A stretch of 64,000 nt of DNA from Planctomycetota bacterium (GTDB taxonomy: Bacteria > Planctomycetota > GCA-002687715 > CAIWVZ01): contig JBGANV010000001.1 in the NCBI GenBank assembly GCA_044222185.1, positions 416,001-480,000 on the forward strand. Reading direction: 5' to 3'. Under the pieces are notes generated by a model. It was given only the letters and a program-made list of their open reading frames with translations, ran no database searches and was not told where the DNA came from. Position 1 is the stretch's first letter; every line of letters starts with the position of its first letter. The translations under genes were made by a program, and so were the position numbers. Positions 9,424-19,849 of the stretch are shown here, piece after piece.

Positions 9424-11280
9424 GTGGACTTGCGCACTCGCCCGGTGGTTTCCAGCGGCCCATCCGACTCCGTAGAACGCGTTCGCGCGGCGAATGACAT
9501 CGTCGACGTCATCTCGTCCTACGTCCCTTTGAAGCGGAGCGGCCGATCGTTCAAAGCGTGCTGCCCGTTCCACGACGAGAAGACGCCCTCTTTCCACGTC
9601 ACACCCGATCGGCAGATCTTCAAGTGCTTCGGTTGCGGCGTCGGGGGGTCCGTCTTCGATTTCGTGATGCGCGCCGAGAAGATGACCTTCGGCGAGGCCT
9701 TGCGCCATCTGGCGGAGAAGGCCGGGATCGAACTCGAGCCCGAGAGGCCCGGCGTTCAGGAAAAGCGCAACATGCGCCGGGAGCAGCTGCGCGCCATGGA
9801 TTGGGCGGCGCGTGTGTTCCGGCGCAACCTGGGGCGGCCCGAGGGCGAAGCCTGCAGGGCGTACCTGGAGAAACGCGGGATCGCCCAATCGATGATCGAC
9901 GCGTTCGGCCTGGGCTACGCCCCCGCAGGTTGGCGCAATCTCCTCCAGCTCGCCTACGACAAGAGCGTGCCGGTCGATCTGCTCGAATCGACCGGGCTGG
10001 TGCTGCGCAGCCGGGAGCGCAACGGTCTCTACGATGCTTTCCGTGACAGGCTGATGTTCCCGATCCGCAACGCCCAGGGTGACGTGATCGCCTTCGGCGG
10101 ACGTTGCCTGGACGGCTCCGAACCCAAATATCTGAACTCACCGGAGACGGAGCTCTTCCAGAAACGCCTCACGGTTTACGGGGTCGAAAGACTTCGGGAA
10201 CTCAAGCGTGATGAGCCCGTGCTCGTCATGGAGGGTTACACCGACGTCATCATGGCAACCCAGGTGGGCGTGCGGGGGGCCGTCGCGACCCTGGGTACGT
10301 CGCTCACGCAGGATCACGTGCGCCTCCTGGCGCGTTACGCGGAACGGGTGATCCTCGTCTACGACGGCGACCGGGCCGGCAATGCCGCCACCGTGCGCGC
10401 CATTCCACTCCTGCTGGGGCGCGGCCTCGACCTGCGGGTCGTGCTCCTGCCCGGGGGACAGGACCCCTGCGATTTCTTCCTCGAGCGGGGTGCCCAGGGG
10501 ATCGACGACCTCCTCCCACACACCCGTGAGCTGGGGGATTACCTGATCGCGCAGACCTGCGGCACGTTCGACCTGGCGACCCTGGATGGCAAACGCCGCG
10601 CCGCCGCGTTCCTCGGGGAATTGTGCGCCCTCGTGGATGACACCGTGACGCGCGAAGCCCTGCTCGCACGAGGGGCGCAGGCGATCGGGGTGCAGCTCGG
10701 GACGCTCGCCGCGGTCATCGCCAAGGCGAGAAAGCCGCAAGGCGCGGCTGCTGGTACCCGGCCGCCGGAATCCGCTCCCCGACCTGCCGGTGAGGTGCGG
10801 GGTATGCTCCCCGGTCGCGGTGGGTCGACGCCCGCCCGACGCCGAGCCTTCGACGACATCATGGACTGCTGTTTCAACGCACCGAGCATCGTCAGCGAGG
10901 CCGCCGGGCGGCTCACGCCGGACCACTTTCTGCCGGACGAAGCACAGGTCCGCGACCTGGTGCTCGGCGTTCTCTCTGCAATCGACATGGACCCCCAGAT
11001 CCCGGCGGTCCAGCTCCTTTGCACGATCGCCAACCCTGAAACCCGCTCGTGGGCGGCCGGCCTGCTGCGGGAGGCGGATCCCACACTCTTGCGAGACCAG
11101 CTTGAAGGTGCGCTCTTCTACTTGGAAAATGGCCGGCTCGAGCGAGAAATCGAAACGCTGGCGGAGCAAGCCATGTTCGCCGACAGCGATGATGCGCTGC
11201 GACGACTGTCGGAAGCAAAGTTGATGGCTGAGCAGTTGCGAAGAAAGAGGACGCGCTTGTCACCCGGGGGCCCAGCGTGA
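9424..11280 (+). CDS. dnaG: DNA primase
   Basis: CHC2 zinc finger [11 protein letters not shown]...[28 protein letters not shown] motifs EGYTD and YDGD. Start uncertain (9391 ATG, 9424 or 9445 GTG). A TGnTACCAT extended -10 at 9384-9392 favours a start after 9391. Confidence 0.95.
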   Translation: MDLRTRPVVSSGPSDSVERVRAANDIVDVISSYVPLKRSGRSFKACCPFHDEKTPSFHVTPDRQIFKCFGCGVGGSVFDFVMRAEKMTFGEALRHLAEKAGIELEPERPGVQEKRNMRREQLRAMDWAARVFRRNLGRPEGEACRAYLEKRGIAQSMIDAFGLGYAPAGWRNLLQLAYDKSVPVDLLESTGLVLRSRERNGLYDAFRDRLMFPIRNAQGDVIAFGGRCLDGSEPKYLNSPETELFQKRLTVYGVERLRELKRDEPVLVMEGYTDVIMATQVGVRGAVATLGTSLTQDHVRLLARYAERVILVYDGDRAGNAATVRAIPLLLGRGLDLRVVLLPGGQDPCDFFLERGAQGIDDLLPHTRELGDYLIAQTCGTFDLATLDGKRRAAAFLGELCALVDDTVTREALLARGAQAIGVQLGTLAAVIAKARKPQGAAAGTRPPESAPRPAGEVRGMLPGRGGSTPARRRAFDDIMDCCFNAPSIVSEAAGRLTPDHFLPDEAQVRDLVLGVLSAIDMDPQIPAVQLLCTIANPETRSWAAGLLREADPTLLRDQLEGALFYLENGRLEREIETLAEQAMFADSDDALRRLSEAKLMAEQLRRKRTRLSPGGPA

Positions 11281-13025
11281 ACGCGAATCGCCGTCGTCCG
11301 GGTCGTGGGCGCTCCGAGGCACCTTCCACGGAGCCGCGTCCCGCACCCATCGCCGAGTTTCCGACTCTCGTGGCCGAAGGCCGCAAGGCCGGGTTCCTCA
11401 CCTACGAGCGGGTCAACGCCGCCATTCCCGCCGACATCATCTCGCCCGACAAGCTGGAAGAAGTCCTCACGGCGCTGCAGGAAGAGGGCATCGAGGTCGT
11501 CGACGAGGACGACTCCATCGGCCGTCGGTTCGAGAAGACGGCGAGCACCGATGATGAGGAGCGCGATCAGGCGGTTATCATCGCCGAGATGGGCCGTGAG
11601 GAAGAGGAAACCGAGGATGAGGCGGCTGCGCCAGCCGGCCCCGTCGAGAAGATCGACGACCCGGTCCGGATGTATCTCACCCAGATGGGCGAGATCCCCC
11701 TGCTCACCCGCGAGCAGGAGATTTCGCTCGCGCGCCGCATCGACATCGCGCGCCGCCTTTATCGCCAGAAGGTGCTGGAATCTGCGATCGCCGCGCAGGC
11801 AGCCGTCAAGATCTTCGACGACGTCGACCGAGGGGCTCTGGCGTTCGACCGCACGCTGAAGGTCGGAGAGCTCGACAAGGAGAACATCTCCGATCGGCTG
11901 CCCGAGAACATCGCCACGATCCGGCGACTGATCGACCGCAACCGGGACCTGTTCCAGCGGTGGCTCGGGGCCGACGGATCGCTCCCATCGGACGACGAGC
12001 GAACCCTCATTCGCGTCATCCGGAGCAACCGCCGCAAGTGTGCGCGCCTGGCCGAAGAGCTCGGCCTGCAGATCAAGCACCTCCAGCCGTTGATGGAGCT
12101 CGTGAAGACCGTCGCCGACGAGATGATCCGCCTCGACGAGGAGTGGCACGTCCTCCGCCGCGCCCGCAAGAAGAAGGAAGCGGACGTCGCCAAGGCCCGG
12201 CTCGACGAGCTCATGCTCAAGGCCGCGGAAACGCCCAATCGCATCCGCCGCCGCGTGGAGCAGATCAAACTGCGTTTCGACGCCTACGAGGAAGCGAAGC
12301 GCCACCTGTCCTCGGGCAACCTGCGCCTCGTCGTCAGCATCGCGAAGAAGTACCGCAACCGCGGCCTCACCTTCCTCGACCTGATCCAGGAGGGGAACAC
12401 GGGGCTCATGAAGGCCGTCGAGAAGTACGAGTACCAGCGCGGGTACAAGTTCTCGACCTACGCCACGTGGTGGATCCGCCAGGCCATCACCAGATCGATC
12501 GCCGATCAGGCGCGGACCATCCGAATCCCGGTCCACATGATCGAGACCATGAGCAAGCTGCGGAACGTCGCGAAGCGCCTGCTCCAGGTCAACGGCCGCG
12601 AGCCGACCGTGGACGAGATCGCGGCCGAAGCCGGCGTCTCGGTCGACGAGACGAAGCGCGTCTTGAAGATCGCGAAGCATCCGATCTCCCTCGACCGCCC
12701 CGTCGGGGACTCGGACGACTCGTACTTCGGCGATTTCATCGAGGACCCGACGGCGGAATCTCCGGTCTCGACGGCCTCCAATCGCATGCTGAAGGACCAG
12801 ATCGAGGAGGTCCTCCAGACGCTGAACTACCGTGAGCGCGAGATCCTGAAGCTTCGGTACGGGATTGGCGACGGCTACACGTACACGCTCGAAGAGGTCG
12901 GCCGCATCTTCAAGGTGACGCGCGAGCGCGTGCGGCAGATCGAAGCGAAGGCAGTGCTGAAACTCCAGCATCCGATGCGCGCCCGGAAGCTCGAAGGCTT
13001 CCTCGAGGGCTCGACTCAATCATGA
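11277..13025 (+). CDS. rpoD: Primary RNA polymerase sigma factor (sigma70)
   Basis: Region 1.1, [46 protein letters not shown]...[13 protein letters not shown] overlap with dnaG. Confidence 0.97.
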   Translation: MNANRRRPGRGRSEAPSTEPRPAPIAEFPTLVAEGRKAGFLTYERVNAAIPADIISPDKLEEVLTALQEEGIEVVDEDDSIGRRFEKTASTDDEERDQAVIIAEMGREEEETEDEAAAPAGPVEKIDDPVRMYLTQMGEIPLLTREQEISLARRIDIARRLYRQKVLESAIAAQAAVKIFDDVDRGALAFDRTLKVGELDKENISDRLPENIATIRRLIDRNRDLFQRWLGADGSLPSDDERTLIRVIRSNRRKCARLAEELGLQIKHLQPLMELVKTVADEMIRLDEEWHVLRRARKKKEADVAKARLDELMLKAAETPNRIRRRVEQIKLRFDAYEEAKRHLSSGNLRLVVSIAKKYRNRGLTFLDLIQEGNTGLMKAVEKYEYQRGYKFSTYATWWIRQAITRSIADQARTIRIPVHMIETMSKLRNVAKRLLQVNGREPTVDEIAAEAGVSVDETKRVLKIAKHPISLDRPVGDSDDSYFGDFIEDPTAESPVSTASNRMLKDQIEEVLQTLNYREREILKLRYGIGDGYTYTLEEVGRIFKVTRERVRQIEAKAVLKLQHPMRARKLEGFLEGSTQS

Positions 13026-13082
13026 CGGTCGCCACCCCGCCGGCCGTCCTGTGGTGCACTGGCTGTCGGCGGTGAGGTGTCC

Positions 13083-13787
13083 ATGCCGATCAACGAGAAA
13101 CTGCGATCGTTCCTGAAACTGCAAGAGATCGACGCCGAGCGCTGGCAGCTTCGCAAGGTGCTCGAGGCCGGCGAGAAGCGCCGTGAGGATCCCCGCAAGC
13201 GCCTGGCGGCCGCCCGACAGGTCGCGGCGCAGGCCGAAGCCCAGAAGATCGAGAAGGAGAAAGCCCTCGCCGACGCGCAGCTGCGCGTGAAGCTCGGCGA
13301 GGAGCAGCTCAAGAAGCTCGAAGAGCAGATGCGCCTTCTCCACTCCGGTCGCGAATACCGGACGATGGAGAATCAGATCAAGGGCAAGAAGGCGGACAAC
13401 TCGCTCATCGAGACGGAGATTCTCCAGCACATGGAGTCGCTCGAGGCTGCGAAGAAGACCCACAACGAGGCCCAGGACGCCCTTCGCGTCGTGACGGACG
13501 AGTCCAAGCGAGTCGACGCCGAGGTGTCGAAGAACGCGCTCAATTCGCTCACGCGGCTCGAAGAGCTGGATGTCCTCGCGAAGGAAGCGGAGCGACCCTG
13601 CGATCGGGACATCCTGACGCAGTACAAGGTGTTGTTGACGCGCCGCAACGGCGTGGCGATCGCGCCGATCGTCAACCGCATCTGCCAGGGCTGCTACACG
13701 GCAGCGACGCCGAACGAGGAACACCGTGCGATGGCCGGACAGTTGCTCACCTGCAGCTCCTGCCAGCGCTACATCTACCTGCCCTGA
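13083..13787 (+). CDS. Coiled-coil protein with C4 zinc ribbon (DUF164 / CT398-like)
   Basis: LKLQEID start, long coiled coil, CQGC...CSSCQRYIY. GAGGTG upstream. Usual position after dnaG-rpoD. Confidence 0.88.
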   Translation: MPINEKLRSFLKLQEIDAERWQLRKVLEAGEKRREDPRKRLAAARQVAAQAEAQKIEKEKALADAQLRVKLGEEQLKKLEEQMRLLHSGREYRTMENQIKGKKADNSLIETEILQHMESLEAAKKTHNEAQDALRVVTDESKRVDAEVSKNALNSLTRLEELDVLAKEAERPCDRDILTQYKVLLTRRNGVAIAPIVNRICQGCYTAATPNEEHRAMAGQLLTCSSCQRYIYLP

Positions 13788-13957
13788 TTCGCGGCAGGGG
13801 ACCCCGCATCGGGCGGCTGCCAACGGCCGCCCCGCGCAGGTCCGAGTGTTCGTCCTGAACCGCGACGCCCCGGCAGGCTCGCTCGCGCGGCCGTCGTCGG
13901 GAGGCGGGGCGTCGCCTCCCTTGATCGCACCAGCGGGCGCGGCGGCGCCCGGTTCCT

Positions 13958-14446
13958 CTATCGGCCGCGCTTCTTCGGCGCGCGCTTCTTCGGCGAGGCC
14001 TGCTTCTTGTTGCCCGCGCGGATCCGATCGTTCATGGCGGTGAAATAGGCCAGGAGCTGGTCGTGATCGGGGAGCGAACGGCACAACGCCTCGGTGTTCT
14101 GGAACGCCGTCGGGCGCGACGCCGCACGGATCTGGTCGATGAAGGGGGCGATCTTCGAGAAGTGGAAGAAGAACTCGCGCGACGTCTTCACGCACAGGTC
14201 CCGACACTCGGGCGAGACTCCGCCTGAGAGCAGCAGCGTCGCGATCATCTCCCAGTAGCTCGTCGCCTGCCGCCAGAAACGGTTGGCGTCGGGCCCGGCC
14301 TTGCCGGTCATCACGGCTTCGACTTCCTTGAAGGTCTTCGGCGTGAAGTTGTTCATCCACTCGCGGGCTTCGCGCAGCACGGGCTCGCGGCGCTGCTCGT
14401 AAAGATGCAGGCAGAACCAGACGTCGTCGCGGGTCGGCGTTCCCAT
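13958..14446 (-). CDS. Hypothetical protein (DUF4760-like helical protein) with basic C-terminal tail
   Basis: GGAAGGA SD 6 nt before ATG 14446; [16 protein letters not shown]...[11 protein letters not shown]. Family call is from memory. Confidence 0.75.
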   Translation of the reverse strand: MGTPTRDDVWFCLHLYEQRREPVLREAREWMNNFTPKTFKEVEAVMTGKAGPDANRFWRQATSYWEMIATLLLSGGVSPECRDLCVKTSREFFFHFSKIAPFIDQIRAASRPTAFQNTEALCRSLPDHDQLLAYFTAMNDRIRAGNKKQASPKKRAPKKRGR

Positions 14447-14579
14447 CGTCATTCCTTCCAATCGGTGTTTCCCAGGGCCATCGGAGCGTCACCGGGGGTC
14501 GGAGACGCTTGTCCTGCCCGCACGCGCGGCCTACCGTGCACGTCCGCGAGTCTCGTTCCCGATAGCCACCGGAGAGTCC

Positions 14580-15692
14580 ATGGGGTTCAAGTGCGGCATC
14601 GTCGGTCTGCCGAACGTCGGCAAGTCCACGATCTTCAACGCGATCACGGCCACGCAGAACGCGCAGGCCGCCAATTATCCCTTCTGCACCATCGAGCCCA
14701 ACGTGGGAACGGTGGCCGTTCCGGATCCCCGTCTCGAGTCCCTCGCCGCGATCGTGAATCCGGCGAAGATCGTCCACACGCTCATGCAGTTCGTGGACAT
14801 CGCGGGCCTCGTTCGAGGTGCCAGCAAAGGGGAAGGCCTGGGGAATCAGTTTCTCAGTCACATCCGGGAGGTCGAGGCGGTGGCGCACGTCGTGCGCTGC
14901 TTCGATGACCCGGACGTGATCCACGTCGACGGAGCGCCCAATCCCGAGCGGGACATCGGCGTGATCGATACGGAGCTGGCGTTGAAGGACCTGGAAACGG
15001 TCCGGCAGCGCAAGGAGCGGACGTCGCGGGTCGTTCGCACGGGAGACAAGGGCGCCAAGGCCGAGATGGACTTTCTCGACAAGGCCGAAGCGCACCTCGA
15101 CTCCGGCAAGCCCATTCGCTCGCTCGAGGGATGGCGTGACGATCCCACGTTCGGACCCCTCGTCCGAAAGGAGCTGTCACTCCTCACGGGCAAGCCCGTG
15201 GTCTATGTGGCGAACGTGCACGAAAAGGACCTACCGGACGGGAACGCGAAATACGTGGACGAAGTTCGCCGTATCGCCAAATCCGAGAGCGCGGGCGTCG
15301 TCGTCATCTGCGGGAAGCTCGAAGCGGAGGTCGCCCAGCTTCCGGAGGAGGAACGAGCCACGTTCCTCCAGGAGATGGGCTTGAAGGAGACGGGGCTCGC
15401 CAGCGTGATCCGCGCGGGCTACTCGCTGCTCGGACTTCGCACGTTCTTCACGGCGGGGCCCAAGGAGGCCCGGGCTTGGACCATTCCCGCGGGGGCGACT
15501 GCGCCGCAAGCGGCGGGCGTCATCCACACCGACTTCGAGCGCGGTTTCATTCGCGCCGAGACGATCGCCTACGCCGATTACCTCTCCTGCAAGGGGGAGG
15601 CCGGCGCCAAGGAGGCGGGGCGGCTGCGGATCGAAGGCAAGACCTACGTCGTCCAGGACGGCGACGTCATGCACTTCCGCTTCAACGTGTAG
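14580..15692 (+). CDS. ychF: Redox-regulated ribosome-binding ATPase YchF
   Basis: [51 protein letters not shown], ends HFRFNV. Confidence 0.98.
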   Translation: MGFKCGIVGLPNVGKSTIFNAITATQNAQAANYPFCTIEPNVGTVAVPDPRLESLAAIVNPAKIVHTLMQFVDIAGLVRGASKGEGLGNQFLSHIREVEAVAHVVRCFDDPDVIHVDGAPNPERDIGVIDTELALKDLETVRQRKERTSRVVRTGDKGAKAEMDFLDKAEAHLDSGKPIRSLEGWRDDPTFGPLVRKELSLLTGKPVVYVANVHEKDLPDGNAKYVDEVRRIAKSESAGVVVICGKLEAEVAQLPEEERATFLQEMGLKETGLASVIRAGYSLLGLRTFFTAGPKEARAWTIPAGATAPQAAGVIHTDFERGFIRAETIAYADYLSCKGEAGAKEAGRLRIEGKTYVVQDGDVMHFRFNV

Positions 15693-15813
15693 ACCGGCTG
15701 GCTCGGCCCTCGGACGCCCGACGGCGCGCGCGCCGGGCGGGCGTAGTGGTCGTGTCCGAGCTGGCGCGGCAGGCCGTGCTGCCCAACGAGCGCGGTGGGC
15801 GCGCGTCGTCGAT

Positions 15814-16162
15814 GGGAGCCCCGCCGTGACGGTCGCCGGGTTCGTGACGACATCGGGCAACCCGTCCGTCCACCTCGGCGCCTCGGGCCGCACACCGAAT
15901 GGGGCCGGACCCGTAGCCTCCACCGTCCCCGGGAACGCACCTTCGCCGAGCCGCCCCGTATCGCTGGCGGCGGCGTGTTGCAGCCGGGTTGCCCGGGTTC
16001 ACGTCCTGCCTCCGGGCGCTTCGGTGCGATGCCGCGATCGGGCCGTCTCGGCGTTCGACCGTCGCGTGCCCGCTGGGTTGAGATGCGCGTTCCCGGCGGC
16101 GCGTCTTTCGCGGACGCGGGTCGTGACGAGCCTCCGGCCGAGCGGCGCGCAACGGCGCTCCC
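15814..16162 (-). ncRNA. Candidate uncharacterised structured RNA (~350 nt) downstream of rnpB
   Basis: No credible ORF in the 580-bp gap. An interrupted closing stem joins the two ends and encloses nested helices. G-U pairs work on the minus strand only. See findings. Confidence 0.45.
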
Positions 16163-16243
16163 GCCTCACGATGCGCTGACCATCCGGCGTGCGATGCGGA
16201 AGGGCCGCGTCCGTCCGACCGGTCCAACGGTGGGAGGAGAAGC

Positions 16244-16269
16244 CCGCCGCCGGCCCTCGCCGGCGACGG
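16244..16269 (-). terminator. Hairpin immediately 3' of rnpB (weak terminator or processing stem)
   Basis: Minus strand CCGUCGCCGG-6 nt-CCGGCGGCGG followed by GCUUCUCC, without a strong U tract. Confidence 0.45.
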
Positions 16270-16270
16270 A

Positions 16271-16650
16271 GGGGAAGACCTGTAAGCCGGGTTTTGTTCC
16301 CCGAGGGAGGCGGCGGTCATTCATCTGGGACGGCCGTTGCCGGACGCCTCGAACGACCTACCCGACAGTTTGAAGGTGCGGGCCGCACCTTGCCGGCTTG
16401 CGCCGGCTCCTGTCCTATTTGGTCTTTCTTCGGATGGGGTTTGCCGTGCCCGCGGCGTCACCGTCGCGGCGGTGGGCTCTTACCCCACCGTTTCACCCTT
16501 GCCTGATCCGCGTGAGCGGCCATCGGCGGTTTGCTTTCTGTTGCACTGTCCCGGGCCTTGCGGCCGGTGGTCGTTAGCCACCATCCTGCCCTGTGAAGCC
16601 CGGACTTTCCTCGGCGCGCGGATGCGCGACGCGATCGCCCAGTCTTCCCC
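16271..16650 (-). ncRNA. rnpB: RNase P RNA, bacterial class A
   Basis: P1 GGGGAAGACU/GGUCUUCCCC; conserved GAGGAAAGUCC, AGUGCAACAGAAAG, GGGUGAAACGG, GGUAAGAGC, GGCAAACCCC, AGAUGAAUGA, AACAAAACCCGGCUUA. Confidence 0.98.
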
Positions 16651-16658
16651 GAACGCGA

Positions 16659-16667
16659 AGGTTACCA
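16659..16667 (-). promoter_or_regulatory. Extended -10 promoter element of rnpB
   Basis: TGgTAACCT on the minus strand, 8 nt upstream of the P1 5' end. Confidence 0.6.
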
Positions 16668-16686
16668 GATCGCTGCGACTCCGCAC

Positions 16687-19600
16687 TCAGATCGACACGG
16701 TCACGACCGGTGTGATCACGCCCTCGGACGTGGTTCCGTCGAGGCCCACGATCCCCTGGAAATGCACGCTGACCCCAGGCGCGTTCGGCACGACGAAGTT
16801 GTAGTTCGCCGAGCCGCCAGCCGGGATCGTGCCCGCGAGGACGATGGGGATGACGCTCGCCGGGTCGTACACGTCGATGCTCGCCATGCCGAATCCGGGG
16901 TAGAAGGTAGGCGCGAGTGCGATCGACGCGAAGATGACGTAGGGATCGCCCGCATCGCCGTTCACGGTCAGCGTGAACGTCCCCCCGGGCGATTGGGATC
17001 CGGATCCTGCGAGCGGCGGTGGCCGCGTCACATGATGGCCGTAGATCCGCACGTCGTCCACGTTCCACCCGCCCAGGCTCCCGCCCGGGTCCGACAGGAG
17101 GTCGTAGCGGATCTGGACACCGGTTTGGAGATCGGCGACCGCCGCGAGGTCCAGCACCTGCCGTTTCCACGAGTAGTCGAGGAACGACCCGCTTCCGGGG
17201 GCGAACTGCCAGAGCGTCGTGAACGTGCTGGACGCGCTGCGTGCGTAGATCCGCGCGCGGTCGCCGGATGCCCCGTCGTCGCTGACCGTGAGCCAGCGAC
17301 GGTAGGCGAGCCGGACGTGATCGAGCTGGGAGCAGTCGACCTGCGGTGAGTCGAGCCATTGCAGCGTGTTCCCGCTGTAGACCGGCGTCGACCAGAAGAC
17401 GTTCCCGTTCGGGGTCGGAGGGTTGGCCGTCGCGATGCGCGTCGCGAACACGAAGCTTCCCTCGGCCGCGGCGTGCGGGTCGTAGTTGAGCAGGATGTTG
17501 GACAGGCAGGGAATGCAGTGGGGCGTGTTCGTGAGCACGCCTCGGATCCAGTCGTTCGTACCGGATCCGCCGTACGCCGGGTTGGGGCCCGCGCCCGAAA
17601 CCCAGCCGCCGGCGTTGGCCTCGAACCCTTCACGCAGCACCGTCGTTCGCCGGAACACGTGGAGCGTGTGGAATTGGATCGGCGCCGACGGCGGCGACGT
17701 TCCGACGGCCGATGCCGAGTCGCTTGCCTGGAAGTAGTAGTCGATGATGCTCCCGACGGGCTGCACGGGTATCTGCGCCGCCCAGTCCGATCCTCCGACC
17801 GGAGCCATGGGCTGCTGAGTCCAACTTCCGCCATCGAGCCTCCAGTACACGTCGGCGACGACGGTCGACAGGGCTCGCAGCGACGTCACGCGGCATTGCA
17901 ATCGGTAGGACTGGTACTGGTCCATCGAATCCTGGATCGGAACCGGCGCGATCGTCACCGGGGGGATCGGGAACGGGATCCCATGACCGAGCGTGAACCC
18001 CTGGAAGAAGAGGTCGGCGTTCGGAGTCCCATTCGTGACGTCGCCGTCGTCGTCGTCGAGCAGCAGCATCTCGAGGATCGAAAGCGTGAAGCTCAGCGGC
18101 GTGCCTGCGAAGTGGCGATAGAACCGCTCCTCGAAGGTGACGGCGCCGGCTGGCCCGTATCGCGCGACGAACAGGTTGCGCGTGTCCCACGCAGCGCCGG
18201 CCAGGATGAGGCCAACTTGATGGATCTGGGTTCCGCACGACGAGGGCCATTGGCAGCCCACGGTGAGGTCGCGAACGACGGTGCCCGGTCCCTGCCAGCC
18301 ATCACCGATGCGCGGTGTGTTCTCGACGATCGCGCCCATGGCGTCGGAAAGTCCTTCGCCCAGGTCCTGGGGAATGATCCGCCCGTTCGCCTTGTAGGTG
18401 TTCACGGTGATGAAGTGGCCGTACTCGTGAACCATGAGCGACGGCATCGTCGCCGTGTCGTAGATTCCATTTCCCGCCGCGCTGAATTGAACGGCGTTCG
18501 TCAGCGGATCGAAGGCCGCAACGCCGGGAGTCAGCCCTCCGAGCGTTCCCGGCAGTTGCGAGTCCGCCCAGACGTTCGACGGCGCGCGGGCCTTCAAGAT
18601 CGTGTGGGCCTTGGTGAGGAAGTAAGTGAGGTTGCGCTGCGTGACGGTGGAGTTCTGGTCGGTGAACGCCACGTTCCACGTCCCAGCGGGCGCGAGTTGC
18701 GTGACGTTGGCGAGCGGCGATGCGGCCGTGCAGCGAACCCAGGGGCCGTTGAGCAGGGACGAAACCACGGCGATCGACCCGAGAGTCGGCGACGTGTAGA
18801 AGCCGGTCCCGTCCGACGTGGTCGTCGCCCCATCGACGGTGACCGTCACGCCAGGGAGCGCGCGCGGCACCGGTGTTTGCCACGGAAGACGCCCCTCGTG
18901 CACCGACCCGGTGACGAGCCCGGAAAGAACGCCTGGTGGTGCGGCCGCAGGGCGGCCAGTCTCCGACCGGGCCGAGCCCCACGACGTCCCGTCGATGCTC
19001 GGGCATGGATCCTCGGCCCGGCACGAGAGCACGTCGCTCTTCGATTCCGCGACGGCTCCGGTCTCGGCGTCGACGAAAGTCGTCCACGAGCGCGGCCCGT
19101 CGGGCGCGTCCCAGCGCGACGTCACGGCGATGCATGGAACGAGAACTCGCGCCGCGTCGGTCTCTCGCACGATGATCACCTCGCTGATCGCGGCGACTTC
19201 GGCCGACTGCAACGCGAGCGCTGACGTCAACCGGGCGTCCATGCGTGTGGCTTCGCAGGCCTGCGCTGGTGAAATCTCGCGCCGGGGCTTCCAGTCGCCC
19301 GTCGCGTGGATCTCTCCGCCGAACATCACGAGTCGGCCCGACTCGTCGATTCGCAGCTCGAGTCCCGCGTTCTGGATCCGCATCCCGCCGACGGATTGAA
19401 CGAAGTGGAGATACCAGAGCCTGCCCGCGCGTACGGCCGATGCGAGCGCTTGCTGGGTCGGATCACAGCCCCAGATCCCGGCGACGAGCCGGGAATTCAC
19501 GTCCTCGGCAGCGTTGCGGATCTCGGCTTCCGAAGCACCTGGTCCGACCAGCTGAATCCCCGGTCCGGTCGCGGCGATGGGCTGCCGGGTCCGCGGGTCG

Positions 19601-19797
19601 AAGAGGGCGCTCCATCCGGGGTGCGCGGCCGAGAACGCGCGAAATGCGACGTGCTGCCTCGCGAGCTCTGCTTGGAGTCCCCAGTCGATCGCCGAACGGT
19701 TGCTTCGGGACCGCGTCACCTCGTCGGGCGTAGACTGCGCCGTGCAGAGCCCGACTGCCGAACCGATCACGAACGCTGCGATCGACAAGTTCCTCAT
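16687..19797 (-). CDS. Secreted thermolysin/fungalysin-like (M4/M36) zinc metalloprotease with accessory beta domains
   Basis: Signal peptide, FTP/PepSY-like propeptide, HEYGH (18415-18429), GEGLSD third ligand, IHQVG...GAAWD, DDDDGDVTNGTP, then Ig-like and jelly-roll/MAM-like domains. Confidence 0.8.
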   Translation of the reverse strand: MRNLSIAAFVIGSAVGLCTAQSTPDEVTRSRSNRSAIDWGLQAELARQHVAFRAFSAAHPGWSALFDPRTRQPIAATGPGIQLVGPGASEAEIRNAAEDVNSRLVAGIWGCDPTQQALASAVRAGRLWYLHFVQSVGGMRIQNAGLELRIDESGRLVMFGGEIHATGDWKPRREISPAQACEATRMDARLTSALALQSAEVAAISEVIIVRETDAARVLVPCIAVTSRWDAPDGPRSWTTFVDAETGAVAESKSDVLSCRAEDPCPSIDGTSWGSARSETGRPAAAPPGVLSGLVTGSVHEGRLPWQTPVPRALPGVTVTVDGATTTSDGTGFYTSPTLGSIAVVSSLLNGPWVRCTAASPLANVTQLAPAGTWNVAFTDQNSTVTQRNLTYFLTKAHTILKARAPSNVWADSQLPGTLGGLTPGVAAFDPLTNAVQFSAAGNGIYDTATMPSLMVHEYGHFITVNTYKANGRIIPQDLGEGLSDAMGAIVENTPRIGDGWQGPGTVVRDLTVGCQWPSSCGTQIHQVGLILAGAAWDTRNLFVARYGPAGAVTFEERFYRHFAGTPLSFTLSILEMLLLDDDDGDVTNGTPNADLFFQGFTLGHGIPFPIPPVTIAPVPIQDSMDQYQSYRLQCRVTSLRALSTVVADVYWRLDGGSWTQQPMAPVGGSDWAAQIPVQPVGSIIDYYFQASDSASAVGTSPPSAPIQFHTLHVFRRTTVLREGFEANAGGWVSGAGPNPAYGGSGTNDWIRGVLTNTPHCIPCLSNILLNYDPHAAAEGSFVFATRIATANPPTPNGNVFWSTPVYSGNTLQWLDSPQVDCSQLDHVRLAYRRWLTVSDDGASGDRARIYARSASSTFTTLWQFAPGSGSFLDYSWKRQVLDLAAVADLQTGVQIRYDLLSDPGGSLGGWNVDDVRIYGHHVTRPPPLAGSGSQSPGGTFTLTVNGDAGDPYVIFASIALAPTFYPGFGMASIDVYDPASVIPIVLAGTIPAGGSANYNFVVPNAPGVSVHFQGIVGLDGTTSEGVITPVVTVSI

Positions 19798-19849
19798 CTT
19801 TCGACTCCGATGGCGATGTGTGCGCGCTCGCCGGATCTTCGAGTGGCCA

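Noticed and set aside
15644-16506. Several ORFs across the ychF-rnpB gap
   Set aside because: Arg/Pro/Ala junk composition, no recognisable motifs or SD; most overlap rnpB or ychF.
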